Positions 37,996-49,015 are shown, numbered from the stretch's first letter. The stretch is 64,000 bases of DNA from Minisyncoccia bacterium (GCA_965656375.1 CBFHKH010000001.1:345319-409318); one strand, 5' to 3'. Program-made: numbers and translations. Notes: generated from the sequence alone by a model not told the origin.

Positions 37996-39031
37996 CTTGA
38001 TCGAGAATTTTGATGAGTGCAAGCTGAAGCGGGAGCTCACGTATCACGGACGTACGAAGTGACTGATACGAATCAAGGAGAATTGAAAGTGCTCGTGATG
38101 ATATATGCTCTGGTTTTGAAGCGATCAGTTTTTCAAGATATTCAAAATTCTTTTCAGTGAGGGACTCTCGGATGGATTTTTTCGAACCTGGAGCATACCG
38201 AAGCATCAATGCATAGCGAAATTTTGAAAGAATCATTTTCAAATAAACATGCATTTCGATGTTTTGCTTCCCTGCTTTCTCGATCGCATCAAAACCTTTA
38301 CCAATATCAGGATCAACAAGTGCTTGCAAGAATTCATCTACTAAGGCCTCGTTTGGCGCACCTGTGATTTGTTCAATTTCGGCCAGGCGGATTGTCTTTC
38401 CAGTGGTAAATGATATTACTTTTTGCAACGTACCGAGCGCATCACGAAACGCTCCATCTGAAAGAAGCGCTATGAGTTCTGCTGCCCCTTCCTCGAGCGT
38501 GTAGCCTTCTTTTTTTGCTGTAGCAGTAATAACTGAAGAAAGCACTGCATCTGTTGGTTTATTTAGAGAAAATGTCTGACAGCGAGACACAATAGTGTCA
38601 GGAACTTTATCGAGTTCCGTTGTTGCTAATATAAATATCACATGTGCTGGAGGCTCTTCAATAGTTTTCAAAAGAGCATTCCATGCATCCTTGGTGAACA
38701 TATGCACTTCATCAAGAATATAAATTTTGTATTTTGAATCAAATGGCATTGTATTCACACTCTCACGAATTTCGCGAATATCATCAATACCACGATTAGA
38801 AGCGGCATCCATTTCATATACATCATTGGGAGATGTTCCAAGTTCACGGGCAATGATACGAGCAATTGTAGTTTTACCTGTACCACGAGGGCCACATAGA
38901 AGATACGCATGGGCCACTTTGCCCGCATCGAGAGCTCCAGAAATAGCGCGGACAATATGATCCTGCCCAATTACATCGGCGAATTTCTCCGGTCGGTATT
39001 TCCTATATAATGCAATATTAGAATCTTTCAT
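37985..39031 (-). CDS. dnaX: DNA polymerase III gamma/tau
   Basis: ALYRKYRP, GPRGTGKTT, DAASNRG, LDEVHM, NALLKT.EEPP, SRCQ. Confidence 0.95.
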   Translation of the reverse strand: MKDSNIALYRKYRPEKFADVIGQDHIVRAISGALDAGKVAHAYLLCGPRGTGKTTIARIIARELGTSPNDVYEMDAASNRGIDDIREIRESVNTMPFDSKYKIYILDEVHMFTKDAWNALLKTIEEPPAHVIFILATTELDKVPDTIVSRCQTFSLNKPTDAVLSSVITATAKKEGYTLEEGAAELIALLSDGAFRDALGTLQKVISFTTGKTIRLAEIEQITGAPNEALVDEFLQALVDPDIGKGFDAIEKAGKQNIEMHVYLKMILSKFRYALMLRYAPGSKKSIRESLTEKNFEYLEKLIASKPEHISSRALSILLDSYQSLRTSVIRELPLQLALIKILDQDEK

Positions 39032-39054
39032 GAATGTAGTATAGCAAAAATAAC

Positions 39055-40011
39055 CTAATCCAAGAATTCGCGAACAAGGATTTCGACTTCTCGAGCATTT
39101 TCAGCTTCCATAAGCTTTATGCGAAGTTCTTTAGCCCCATCAAAGCCGTTTACATATGCTTTGTAATGCTTTTTCATAATGGAAAAGTTCTTGAATTTTC
39201 CAAGAAGCTCCTCGAAAAGCTTCGTATGCTCTATCATGACTTCGAGCTTTTCTTCTCTCGTAGGTGTATATCCGCTAAAGAGCCAAGGATTACCAAAAAT
39301 CGCTCTACCGAGCATCACACCATCGCAGCCGGTTTCTTTTACTAATTCTCGCGCATGAGCAATATCACGTGCATCACCATTACCGAGAATCTTTGTCGCA
39401 CATCCCATCTTGTTCCTGATCTCTACTACTTCTCGTACATGCTCCCAACGAGCAGGTACAAGAGACATTTCTTTACGAGTACGCGCATGGATAGTAAGCG
39501 CTGCGATATCTTGTGCGAGCAGAAATGGAATCCATTCATCAATCTGTATCTTATTATATCCGACACGAGTTTTTACAGAGACAGGGATTTCTTTCCCAGC
39601 ATCTTTAATCCCGTCTTTGGCTGCCTGGATCACTAACGCAGCAGATTTTGGATTCTTTATCATTGCAGCTCCTGCACCTTGCTTTTCAATAGATTTGTCC
39701 GGACATCCCATGTTTATATCAATACCGTCAAAACCCAGCTCCGCACAGAGTTTGGCTGCTTCACGCATTTTCTCGGGATGTGAAGTAAAAAGTTGGGCAA
39801 CGATGGGTCGTTCTGCTTCTGTGTACATCAAATCCAATTTCAATACTTCCCGTCCAGGACTTGCCAAGCCATCGGCTGAAACGAATTCCGTCCACGTAAC
39901 ATCTGGCTTGCCGTACGTTGCGATAATACGCCTGAAAGCTCTATCAGTGACATCAGCCATCGGTGCAAGGACAAAAAATGGTGTATTAAGTTTTTCCCAA
40001 AAGTTAGACAT
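39055..40011 (-). CDS. dus: tRNA-dihydrouridine synthase
   Basis: LAPMADVTD, IDINMGCP, VSVKTR.G, HART, GNGD, GVMLGR..GNPW. Confidence 0.93.
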   Translation of the reverse strand: MSNFWEKLNTPFFVLAPMADVTDRAFRRIIATYGKPDVTWTEFVSADGLASPGREVLKLDLMYTEAERPIVAQLFTSHPEKMREAAKLCAELGFDGIDINMGCPDKSIEKQGAGAAMIKNPKSAALVIQAAKDGIKDAGKEIPVSVKTRVGYNKIQIDEWIPFLLAQDIAALTIHARTRKEMSLVPARWEHVREVVEIRNKMGCATKILGNGDARDIAHARELVKETGCDGVMLGRAIFGNPWLFSGYTPTREEKLEVMIEHTKLFEELLGKFKNFSIMKKHYKAYVNGFDGAKELRIKLMEAENAREVEILVREFLD

Positions 40012-40034
40012 ACTATATTGACTACATATTAAGC

Positions 40035-40141
40035 ATTAAAATAGCTCCTCTCACAGGACACGCGTAAAATCCTGCTGGATTTTCTGCTCCGCTCGGCTCC
40101 AGTCGAGCCTGCGCGAGTTCCTGCTCAAGGACTATTTTAAT
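40035..40141. repeat. REPIN/MITE-like palindromic intergenic element
   Basis: ATTAAAATAG..CTATTTTAAT termini with nested GC-rich hairpins. Confidence 0.55.
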
Positions 40142-40167
40142 ACCAAATATATAAAGCGCAGAAAACA

Positions 40168-41037
40168 TTACTGAAACTTATAGACAACTTTGTTATTGAA
40201 CCGCAAGTCTATATACAAGAGTGTACTATACTTGGATTTGATTTCATTGGCAAATTCCTGCTTCGCCATTGATGCTCGCAAATTATCGAGCATTGAGAGT
40301 ACCGTATCAGTATTCTTGAATATTATTTTTGGAGAGGTCGCCATATCTGCATGATCGAGATAGAGTGTCCCTGTATCTTCCCCATCTACCACTACATATG
40401 TGGGATCAAGTCCAAGCATAGACACACCGTCAATAAATTGCGCGAGCATATAGAATCGCTCTTTTGCTATCATTTGCTTACCAAGTGGATTCGAAGATTC
40501 ATCTTCAGGAATCTTCATATAATATTTAAAATACACATTACCAGAAAAATACGGCGCTTTATCAAATACGTACCCATCGCTATTTATAAAATAACAATTT
40601 TCCCCGATCTCAGAAACAAGCTCAGGAACAGCCGCTCCACAATACAAGTATGAACCAGAACGCTCAGTGACCGCAACATGAAGCGTTGTAAGATTATCTC
40701 TATAGATAGAGAGGTTCTCGATTCGCGTGTACTCACGAGACAGAGTATCGTAAATTCGTTTACGTGGATAAATAAGGCTATTTGATTTTTTAAAGAGATA
40801 GGCGTATTTACCGGTAAGGTTTTCTCGAACAGTGTCTTCTAAATCTTCAGGATTGATGATGCGTGTACCGCTCACTACTACTGTAGAAATGGTAACGCGA
40901 GGGTGCGCAGAAAAATACGCGAGTGCTCCAACAAATACGACAAAGAGAATCGCAAGAAGTATCAGCATACGTCTTCGGCGTGCGCGACGTTTGCGCTTCA
41001 TGTCTTCTAGGCGAGGTGATGTGAGAGTATCTCGCAT
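40168..41037 (-). CDS. FtsQ/DivIB-like cell division protein
   Basis: Basic N-terminus, single TM, POTRA-like I..V.V.G, C-terminal YIDLRF.NKV.YK. Confidence 0.75.
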   Translation of the reverse strand: MRDTLTSPRLEDMKRKRRARRRRMLILLAILFVVFVGALAYFSAHPRVTISTVVVSGTRIINPEDLEDTVRENLTGKYAYLFKKSNSLIYPRKRIYDTLSREYTRIENLSIYRDNLTTLHVAVTERSGSYLYCGAAVPELVSEIGENCYFINSDGYVFDKAPYFSGNVYFKYYMKIPEDESSNPLGKQMIAKERFYMLAQFIDGVSMLGLDPTYVVVDGEDTGTLYLDHADMATSPKIIFKNTDTVLSMLDNLRASMAKQEFANEIKSKYSTLLYIDLRFNNKVVYKFQ

Positions 41038-41045
41038 AGCATATA

Positions 41046-42308
41046 TTAGGAAATAGTGTCCTTACCGAAGTATTTCTGAAGCACCTCTGGAATTTTAATA
41101 CTCCCGTCTGCTTGTTGGAAATTCTCTACGAGAGATACAAGTATGCGCGGAGTGGGAATCGCTGTTGCGTTTAGGGAATGAGTATATCGTATTTTTCCGA
41201 GCTCGTCCTTATATCTGATACCAAGTCTCCGTGTTTGAAAATCGTGGAAATACGAGGCTGAAGATATTTCACGATACGTCTCCTCTTTTGGAACCCACAG
41301 ATTCGTATCATTCATCCGAACTTTTGCAAACCCCATGTCTCCAGTGCATGCATCTACAACTTGATATGGAATACCAAGTGATTGAATAAAGTCTTCAGTA
41401 TTCTTCTGTATTTCTTTATGTTGTTTAACCGATTCATCGTGGCTGCCTTCACAGAGAATCACTTGTTCAAACTTATAGAATTCATGAACCCGAATAAGGC
41501 CTTTTACATCTTTTGCATGACTTCCCGCTTCAAGACGGTAGCACGGAGAGAATCCAAGCATCTTTACAGGGAGCTTTGATTTATCGAGTACTTCATCCAT
41601 ATACATACCCATCAAAGGAACTTCTGATGTACCAACAAAATAAGATCCATCTTGCGCTTTATAGATATCCGCTTCTCCCTGAGGGATAAACGCACAACCG
41701 AGAAGTGATTCACGCTTTGTATTGATTGGAGGAATAATTGGATTGAATCCACGAGTGGTCCAAAAATCAAGCGCATAATTCCATATCGCAAAACAAAGCT
41801 TTACCCCCTCACCCATAAGAAAGTATCCGCGGAAACCATGAACTTTCGTACCACGTTCAAGATCAAGCATACCGAGCTTGGTCATTATCTCTATATGGTC
41901 CTTTGGTTCAAAATCAAATACGGGTTTATCACCCCAGGTAGTGACTACTACATTTTCTTCTTCAGATTCCCCAAGCGGAGCTGTCGGCTCTGGAACATTC
42001 GGGACTTGGAGCATCAAAGACTGCCACTCAGTCATAAGCGAAACAAGTTCCTCCTCTTCTTTTTTGAAATCTTCTTTGACTAATCGCATCTCTTCGATCA
42101 TCTGCATTCTCCTAGTCTCGTCTTTTTCCATAGCGATAGAAGAGTTCATTTTGTTTTGCTCAGCACGAAGATCTTCTGTCTTTTTCATGCTTTCCAGACG
42201 CCTATCGTCAAGCGTAAGTAACCGATCAATATTAACATCTACATGCTTTTTCTTAGCACCTTCTATGACAATGTCTTTATTTTCGCGGATGAATTTAATA
42301 TCTAACAT
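41046..42308 (-). CDS. serS: serine--tRNA ligase
   Basis: MLDIKFIREN, GTSEVP, PCYR.EAG, GLIRVHEF.K.E, EISSAS, HSLNAT. Confidence 0.96.
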   Translation of the reverse strand: MLDIKFIRENKDIVIEGAKKKHVDVNIDRLLTLDDRRLESMKKTEDLRAEQNKMNSSIAMEKDETRRMQMIEEMRLVKEDFKKEEEELVSLMTEWQSLMLQVPNVPEPTAPLGESEEENVVVTTWGDKPVFDFEPKDHIEIMTKLGMLDLERGTKVHGFRGYFLMGEGVKLCFAIWNYALDFWTTRGFNPIIPPINTKRESLLGCAFIPQGEADIYKAQDGSYFVGTSEVPLMGMYMDEVLDKSKLPVKMLGFSPCYRLEAGSHAKDVKGLIRVHEFYKFEQVILCEGSHDESVKQHKEIQKNTEDFIQSLGIPYQVVDACTGDMGFAKVRMNDTNLWVPKEETYREISSASYFHDFQTRRLGIRYKDELGKIRYTHSLNATAIPTPRILVSLVENFQQADGSIKIPEVLQKYFGKDTIS

Positions 42309-42412
42309 ATAGTCTCAGTATATAGAAATTTGGTCTAATTAACAAATTATATATTTCGCTTTGAGTATTCGGTTTAGAAGTTCATTAACGAGATACATAT
42401 AGAGTAAATAGA

Positions 42413-43276
42413 ATGCATGATATCATAAAATTAAAATACAAACAGTTTCCCAAAGCATTGCTTGAAATACCTCAACCACCCACGGAGCTCTATATGCAAG
42501 GAGTGTTGCCTCCCGAAGAGTACATTCATTTGGCTGTCGTTGGTTCGCGTAAACATACTTCGTACGGGAGAGATGTATGCGAAAAATTGATTAAGGGATT
42601 AAAAGGATACCCTATCGTTATCGTTTCGGGGCTTGCACTTGGAATTGATTCGATCGCCCATCGTACGGCACTCTCAGTAGGCCTTATCACACTTGCTATG
42701 CCTGGTTCTGGGCTCGACAGAAGGGCACTCTATCCAAAGACAAACGTACGACTTGCGGACGAAATAATAGAAAGTGGTGGATGTATACTCTCTGAATTCC
42801 CGCCACTTTTAAAAGCCGAACTCTATACATTCCCCAAGCGCAATAGATTGATGGCTGGAATATCAAAAGCAACGCTGGTCATCGAGGCAGCGGAGAAATC
42901 AGGAACACTGATCACTGCTCGAATGGCACTTGATTACAATCGTGATGTATTAGTCGTACCTGGGTCAATATTTTCTTCTACATCAAGTGGTACGAATAAA
43001 CTGATCCATCAAGGAGCAACCCCCATAACTACCAGTGAAGATATACTAGAAGCACTTGGGTTTGAAATAGAGCGCCCAAAACAAACTGACAAAGAAAAGT
43101 ATGCGGATTGTTCACCAGAAGAAATGAAACTCATTGGGCTTCTCAGTGAACCAATAGAACGTGATCTACTTATCCGAGAATCCGGCATGGACACTCCCAC
43201 CGCCAATGCCCTCCTTTCTATAATGGAAATAAAAGAATTGATCAAAGAAGAATTCGGTGAAATACGAAAACTATAA
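42413..43276 (+). CDS. dprA: DNA-processing protein DprA
   Basis: AVVGSR, VSGLALGID..AH, FPKRNR, EAAEKSGTLITA. Confidence 0.95.
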   Translation: MHDIIKLKYKQFPKALLEIPQPPTELYMQGVLPPEEYIHLAVVGSRKHTSYGRDVCEKLIKGLKGYPIVIVSGLALGIDSIAHRTALSVGLITLAMPGSGLDRRALYPKTNVRLADEIIESGGCILSEFPPLLKAELYTFPKRNRLMAGISKATLVIEAAEKSGTLITARMALDYNRDVLVVPGSIFSSTSSGTNKLIHQGATPITTSEDILEALGFEIERPKQTDKEKYADCSPEEMKLIGLLSEPIERDLLIRESGMDTPTANALLSIMEIKELIKEEFGEIRKL

Positions 43277-43281
43277 CTGTT

Positions 43282-44073
43282 TTAGATTTCAATCTCACCT
43301 ATAAATACAGTTTCTGCAGGACCACGCATTATAACTTCACCATTTTCACTTGAAGACATGTAAAGAGATCCTCCGGGTAAATGGATGGTAGCTTCGTCCT
43401 TAATCATTCCTTTTTTTCGTGCAAGTGAATAAACCCCGACTGCACCTGTCCCGCAGGCAAGAGTCGCACCGGAACCTCGCTCCCAAACCCGCATCATAAG
43501 CTCACTATCTGATAGTTTTTCAACAAAGTGAACATTTATCTTGTGAGGAAAATGTGTATCAGATTCTACACGCGGACCAACAGAAGAGAGATCCACACTA
43601 TCGATAGTATCCATAAAAGTAATCGCGTGAGGATTCCCCACTGAAACACACTCGAAAGTAAAACCATCAATATCGACTGGTTCATGTGGAAAATCTGAAT
43701 GTATAAATAAAGGCACTCCCATAGCGACCGAATATGTCGTATCGTCGTGACAGAGGACTTCCTTTATTCCAGATCTCGTATCGATTTGAAGTAAAGTCTT
43801 CTCACTTGAAATATTCTCTCTGAAAAATTGTGCGGTGCATCGTATTCCATTGCCACACATTTCAGCAAAGCTACCGTCGGCATTTATATAATTCATAAAA
43901 CAATCGGCTCCTTCACTACCCTCTACAAGGATTACACCATCAGCGCCGATGCCAGTGTATCTGCTGCACATCAATCGCACATCACTCTCTTGTAGGGTTA
44001 TATCGCCATTCATATTGTTTATCATGATGAAATCATTACCGAGCCCGTGCATTTTTATAAATTCAATACGCAT
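43282..44073 (-). CDS. dapF: diaminopimelate epimerase
   Basis: KMHGLGNDF, NADGS.AEMCGNG.RC, VGNPH, WERG.G.TLACGTGA. Confidence 0.95.
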   Translation of the reverse strand: MRIEFIKMHGLGNDFIMINNMNGDITLQESDVRLMCSRYTGIGADGVILVEGSEGADCFMNYINADGSFAEMCGNGIRCTAQFFRENISSEKTLLQIDTRSGIKEVLCHDDTTYSVAMGVPLFIHSDFPHEPVDIDGFTFECVSVGNPHAITFMDTIDSVDLSSVGPRVESDTHFPHKINVHFVEKLSDSELMMRVWERGSGATLACGTGAVGVYSLARKKGMIKDEATIHLPGGSLYMSSSENGEVIMRGPAETVFIGEIEI

Positions 44074-44161
44074 ACAGAGAGTATAACAGAAATAAATCGA
44101 GAGAAATATGAACCCTACAGTTGAAAGATATTTGCCAAAAAATTAACTTTCGTGTAATACT

Positions 44162-46414
44162 ATGGCACATATGAAACTTTTGATCGTCGAGTCGCCATCG
44201 AAAGCAAAGACTATCGAGAAATATCTTGATGGTGCTTTTACCGTACGCGCATCTGTTGGCCATATTCGTGATTTACCAAAATCAAACAAGGCAGCGATCG
44301 ATATTCCAGCTGGATTCGTACCTCACTATGAAATATCCAAGGGTAAAGAAAAGGTTGTCCATGAACTTGCCACTCTCGCAAGAAGCGCTAGTGAGGTGAT
44401 GCTCGCAACTGACCCGGATCGTGAAGGTGAAGCGATTGCATGGCATATAGAGGAACTGCTTCACGCAGACAAAAAAGTAAAAGCTCCTATCAAACGAGTT
44501 ACATTTCATGAAATTACCAAAGAGGCGGTAGAGGAAGCCCTCAAGGCTCCACGTGATATCGATACAAACCTCCGCAAAGCACAAGAGGCCCGTCGCGTGC
44601 TTGATCGACTCGTCGGGTATGATCTCTCTGGTATCATCTGGAAAAAAGTCCGCTACGGTCTCTCTGCAGGACGTGTCCAATCCCCTGCGCTTCGTATCAT
44701 CATGGAGCGTGAACGTGAAATCCGAGCATTCATTCCCGAGCAGTATTGGGTACTCGAAGGATTATTTGAAACTCACAAAAAAGAAAAGATCACTCTTTCA
44801 TGTACCGATGAACCTCGTGATCGAGCCATCGTAGACACAATCCTCACACTTGGAGAGAAAGAAAAATGGTATGTTAAAGATCTAAAGACTTCTGAACAGA
44901 AGCGTAGTCCGCGTGCTCCGTTTACTACTTCCACGCTTCAGCAGACAGCAAGTACTCGACTAGGTTTTTCTCCTTCACGCACTATGCAGGTTGCTCAGAA
45001 GCTCTATGAACAAGGATTTATCACCTATATGCGTACCGATAGTACAAACCTCGCAGCAACTGCACAAGAACAGATCAAAAAAGTTATTGAGAAGAAATAC
45101 GGCATAGATCAAGCAGAGCCTCGCGTATACAAAACCAAATCAAAAAATGCCCAAGAAGCCCACGAAGCTATTCGTCCAACCCACATTGATTCAATGAACG
45201 AAGGATCAAATGATGAACAAAAACGATTGTATCGCCTTATCTGGGAGCGAACGGTATCATCACAGATGGTGGATGCGAAACTTATGAAGACGAAGATCGT
45301 AGCAAATATAAAAGAAGGCACCCTGCCTGCGCAGGCAGATATTCCCGACTTTACTGCTAATGGCTCACGAGTACTCTCACCGGGATGGCTTGCAGTCGAT
45401 ACTGAAGCTCGTGGTGAAGATGTAGAACTTCCACTTGTAGAAATCGGCGAGGAATTAAAACTACTTGAACTCAAAGATATAGAGAAATTCACCGAGCCAC
45501 CAAATCGCTATACAGAAGCTGGTCTTGTCAAAGAACTCGAAGCCCGCGGCATTGGACGCCCAAGTACCTACGCATCGATCATGCGTACTATAGAAGAGCG
45601 CGGATATGTCACAAAAGAAGGACGAACACTTTTCCCGACTGATACCGGCGATGTCGTCTCAAGTTTCCTTGAGAACAACTTTAAAGAATATATCAGTGAT
45701 ACTTTTACAGCAGAATTGGAAGATGAGCTTGATGATATCTCAAACGGTGTGCGCGAATATGAAAAAACATTAAAGGATTTCTATATCCCATTTCAGAAAG
45801 ATTTGAAGGAAAAAGACAAGCTCGCCAAAGCTACAAATATGGGCGAAGCTCCAGCCGATATGAAATGCCCAAAATGCGGTGGAGATATGATCATCAAACT
45901 TGCTCGAAACGGTAAATTCTACTCTTGTGCGAAATATCCAGAATGCGATGGCGCGCGTACAATAGAAGGACTCGAGCTCGAAGGTCCAAAAGAGACTGGT
46001 GAGATGTGTCCACTCTGTGGAGAGAAGAAAGGTAAATCAGGCGGAGGAAAGCTTGTTGTCAGACAGGGTAAATTCGGAGCATTTATCTCCTGTTCACGAT
46101 ATCCTAAATGTAAATTCATAAAAGAAGACGAGGAAGAAAAGAAAAAGAAAATGACCGATGTAGACTGCCCAGTGTGCAAGAAAGGTAAGATGATGGAGCG
46201 ACGCGGTCGATTCGGAATTTTCTACTCATGTTCGAACTACCCAGATTGTAAGAACGCAATAAAAGCAAAGCCGACTGGTCGCATCTGTGACCTCTGCGGC
46301 TCACTCATGATGGAAGGGACGAAGACTATCCCGGAACGCTGTAGTAACAAGATGTGTCAAATGCATAACCCTCATAAGATCGGTGAAGATATAAAAAAGA
46401 CAAAGAAAAAATAA
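44162..46414 (+). CDS. topA: DNA topoisomerase I with C-terminal zinc ribbons
   Basis: IVESPSKAKTI, ATDPDREGEAI, SAGRVQS, ITYMRTDS, repeated CPxC..C..YP.C. Confidence 0.97.
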   Translation: MAHMKLLIVESPSKAKTIEKYLDGAFTVRASVGHIRDLPKSNKAAIDIPAGFVPHYEISKGKEKVVHELATLARSASEVMLATDPDREGEAIAWHIEELLHADKKVKAPIKRVTFHEITKEAVEEALKAPRDIDTNLRKAQEARRVLDRLVGYDLSGIIWKKVRYGLSAGRVQSPALRIIMEREREIRAFIPEQYWVLEGLFETHKKEKITLSCTDEPRDRAIVDTILTLGEKEKWYVKDLKTSEQKRSPRAPFTTSTLQQTASTRLGFSPSRTMQVAQKLYEQGFITYMRTDSTNLAATAQEQIKKVIEKKYGIDQAEPRVYKTKSKNAQEAHEAIRPTHIDSMNEGSNDEQKRLYRLIWERTVSSQMVDAKLMKTKIVANIKEGTLPAQADIPDFTANGSRVLSPGWLAVDTEARGEDVELPLVEIGEELKLLELKDIEKFTEPPNRYTEAGLVKELEARGIGRPSTYASIMRTIEERGYVTKEGRTLFPTDTGDVVSSFLENNFKEYISDTFTAELEDELDDISNGVREYEKTLKDFYIPFQKDLKEKDKLAKATNMGEAPADMKCPKCGGDMIIKLARNGKFYSCAKYPECDGARTIEGLELEGPKETGEMCPLCGEKKGKSGGGKLVVRQGKFGAFISCSRYPKCKFIKEDEEEKKKKMTDVDCPVCKKGKMMERRGRFGIFYSCSNYPDCKNAIKAKPTGRICDLCGSLMMEGTKTIPERCSNKMCQMHNPHKIGEDIKKTKKK

Positions 46415-46453
46415 AACTTTCGTAAATTGAAGGCGTACGCTATACTCAAGTAT

Positions 46454-47932
46454 ATGCCTCATAGTAAAGACATTACATCCCTTCTCCACGGATTAAACAC
46501 TGAAGATACAAAGCTCATAGAAAAAGCTTATGTGTTCGCTGAAAAAGCGCATCAGGGGCAAAAGCGTAACAGCGGTGAACCGTATTTCAATCACGTTTTT
46601 GAGACTGCAAAGATTCTTGCAGAATTCGGAATGGATACAAAAACAATCGTCGCAGGCCTTCTCCACGATGTACTCGAGGATACTCCGACTGAAGAAAAAA
46701 CATTAGAGGATGAATTCGGTGAAGAGATCGTTCTTTTAGTTAATGGAGTGACAAAACTCGGTAAAATGAAGTACACAGGAACGGAACGCCATGTTGAATC
46801 TCTGCGTAAGTTTTTCATGGCAATGGCAAATGACTTACGGATTCTCATTATCAAACTTGCAGACCGATTGCACAATGTGCGCACCTTACAGTATGTAAAG
46901 CCGGAGAAGCAAAAGCGCATCGCACTTGAAACGATTGAGATTCATGCTCGCCTTGCTGATCGCATCGGCATGCACAAACTAAAAGGAGAGCTCGAAGATG
47001 CGGCATTCCCGTATGTGTACCCAAAGGAATACAAAGATATAGAAAAATTGCTCGAACTCAATTCAAAGAGTAATCAGAAAGAGCTCGACCGAGTAAGCAA
47101 TGAACTCAAAGAAACGTTAGCCGAACAGAATGTAAAAGTCATAGAAATAAGTGCTCGTGCCAAGCATAAATACAGCCTCTGGATGAAAGTAAAGCGATAC
47201 GGAATGGACATCGAAAAAATCTATGACATTGTCGCACTACGAGTTATCGTGGATGACATAGAAAATTGCTACCGAGTGCTTGGTATCATCCATGGCCTTT
47301 TCCAACCTGTCCCAGGCCGCATTAAGGATTATATCGCTACTCCAAAGAGAAATGGCTATCGATCGCTCCATACGACAATATTTACGGGTAATGGTGGCGT
47401 AGTAGAAATCCAAATTCGAACTCCACAAATGCACGCTGAAGCTGCGTACGGTATTGCTGCGCACTTTATCTATAAAGAAATGGGCAAAGGAGCACATAGT
47501 GCAAATAGTGAGAATATAAACAAGAAGCTCGAATGGATTGATCAATTGAAAGAACTTCACAAGATCGTGGACAAGCCAGCTCAATTCCTCGAACATTTGA
47601 AAATGGATCTCTTCCAGGATAGGATTTTCGTATTCACACCAAAAGGAGATGTTGTGGATTTGCCATTTGATTCGAGCCCTATTGATTTTGCATATGCAAT
47701 CCACTCAGATATTGGTAACCATGCTCAAAGTGCAAATATAAACAACAAGATGGCACCACTTCATACCAAACTAAAAAACAATGATATCGTAGAGATCATT
47801 GTGAACAAGAAAGCAAATCCTTCGAGCAAATGGCTTGATTATACAAAGACGACCATGGCAAAAAAGCATATCAATACATACCTCAAAGACCATAGTCTCC
47901 TATCAAGATTCCTCTCATTCGGCAAGAATTAG
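46454..47932 (+). CDS. relA: RelA/SpoT (p)ppGpp synthetase/hydrolase (HD-SYNTH-TGS)
   Basis: R.SGEPY, LLHDV.ED, KLADRLHN, KDYIATPK.NGY.SLHT, EIQIRT, VFTPKG..DFAY.IH. Confidence 0.92.
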   Translation: MPHSKDITSLLHGLNTEDTKLIEKAYVFAEKAHQGQKRNSGEPYFNHVFETAKILAEFGMDTKTIVAGLLHDVLEDTPTEEKTLEDEFGEEIVLLVNGVTKLGKMKYTGTERHVESLRKFFMAMANDLRILIIKLADRLHNVRTLQYVKPEKQKRIALETIEIHARLADRIGMHKLKGELEDAAFPYVYPKEYKDIEKLLELNSKSNQKELDRVSNELKETLAEQNVKVIEISARAKHKYSLWMKVKRYGMDIEKIYDIVALRVIVDDIENCYRVLGIIHGLFQPVPGRIKDYIATPKRNGYRSLHTTIFTGNGGVVEIQIRTPQMHAEAAYGIAAHFIYKEMGKGAHSANSENINKKLEWIDQLKELHKIVDKPAQFLEHLKMDLFQDRIFVFTPKGDVVDLPFDSSPIDFAYAIHSDIGNHAQSANINNKMAPLHTKLKNNDIVEIIVNKKANPSSKWLDYTKTTMAKKHINTYLKDHSLLSRFLSFGKN

Positions 47933-48936
47933 ACTGAGAAATTCTTGATATTGTAGAGATCAGTTTCTTCTTCAGCTTCTTTGATCTCATCAATACTTCT
48001 GTCATCAAGAAGCTTCCCTTCATCTTCACGAGCAACTTCTGGTACTGCTTCGGTAAATTCTGGAGTTTGCGTAGCGATAAACTTCTCGAGCATTTCATTC
48101 GGATTTTTTTCCTGATTTGATTTCAAGAGATCTAGAATTGTACGGAGATCTTCATTTGAGAAAAAGTCGATCATGATCTGCCCACCATTTTCTCTGCGGT
48201 CAATATGCACTCGAGTACCAAGAGTTTCTTGTAATTTATCTTCAAGATCTGCAAGTTCTGGATCTGGTAAGTACTGCTTTTTGCGGATGCGATCTACTGC
48301 AATTCTACGTGCAATCTTTTCGGCATCGCGAACGGTCATCTTTTTAAACATGATTTCTTTGAAAAGAACCATTTGCTCTTCAGGCCGGTCAGCAAGCATA
48401 AGTATCGGCCGAGTATGACCTTCAGTAATTTTTTGCTCTGAAAGTGCGTCGAGAATTTCTTGTGGGAGAGAAAGAAGGCGCATAGTATTAGACACATGTT
48501 CACGACTCTTCCCTACCTTTGCACCGATCTGATTGTGAGTAAATTTGAATTCTTCAGCCAAACGGAAAAATGCTCGAGCACGCTCTACAGGATTAAGATC
48601 TTCACGCTGCAAGTTCTCGATAATAGCGAGCTCAAGCTTTGCCATGTTATCATCGCCAACGCGGATAATTACTGGAACCTGATCAAGTCCTGCAAGCTTT
48701 GACGCACGCAAACGACGTTCACCAGCGATGAGCTCGTATTCAACTACAATACCGCCATCTTCTGTAACAACTTCACTACGTGACACGGTAAGCGGTTGAA
48801 GAACCCCATATTGGCGAATAGAGTCAGAAAGATCGCGAAGTCGCGCTTCATCGAACTCACGACGAGGCTGAAATGGATTTGGTTTTACTTTATCGACATC
48901 AACCCAGAAGATTGAATTGCTATATAACTGTGACAT
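47929..48936 (-). CDS. parB: ParB/Spo0J partition protein
   Basis: PNPFQPRREF, GVLQP, IAGERR.RA, IENLQREDLN, VGKSR..V.N..RL. Confidence 0.93.
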   Translation of the reverse strand: MSQLYSNSIFWVDVDKVKPNPFQPRREFDEARLRDLSDSIRQYGVLQPLTVSRSEVVTEDGGIVVEYELIAGERRLRASKLAGLDQVPVIIRVGDDNMAKLELAIIENLQREDLNPVERARAFFRLAEEFKFTHNQIGAKVGKSREHVSNTMRLLSLPQEILDALSEQKITEGHTRPILMLADRPEEQMVLFKEIMFKKMTVRDAEKIARRIAVDRIRKKQYLPDPELADLEDKLQETLGTRVHIDRRENGGQIMIDFFSNEDLRTILDLLKSNQEKNPNEMLEKFIATQTPEFTEAVPEVAREDEGKLLDDRSIDEIKEAEEETDLYNIKNFSV

Positions 48937-49015
48937 AGGTCCTATTTTAGCATGTTTTTACTCTGTTGAAAAATGAAAAAACTCATCATATATGATGAGT
49001 TTTTTCATTTTTTTG

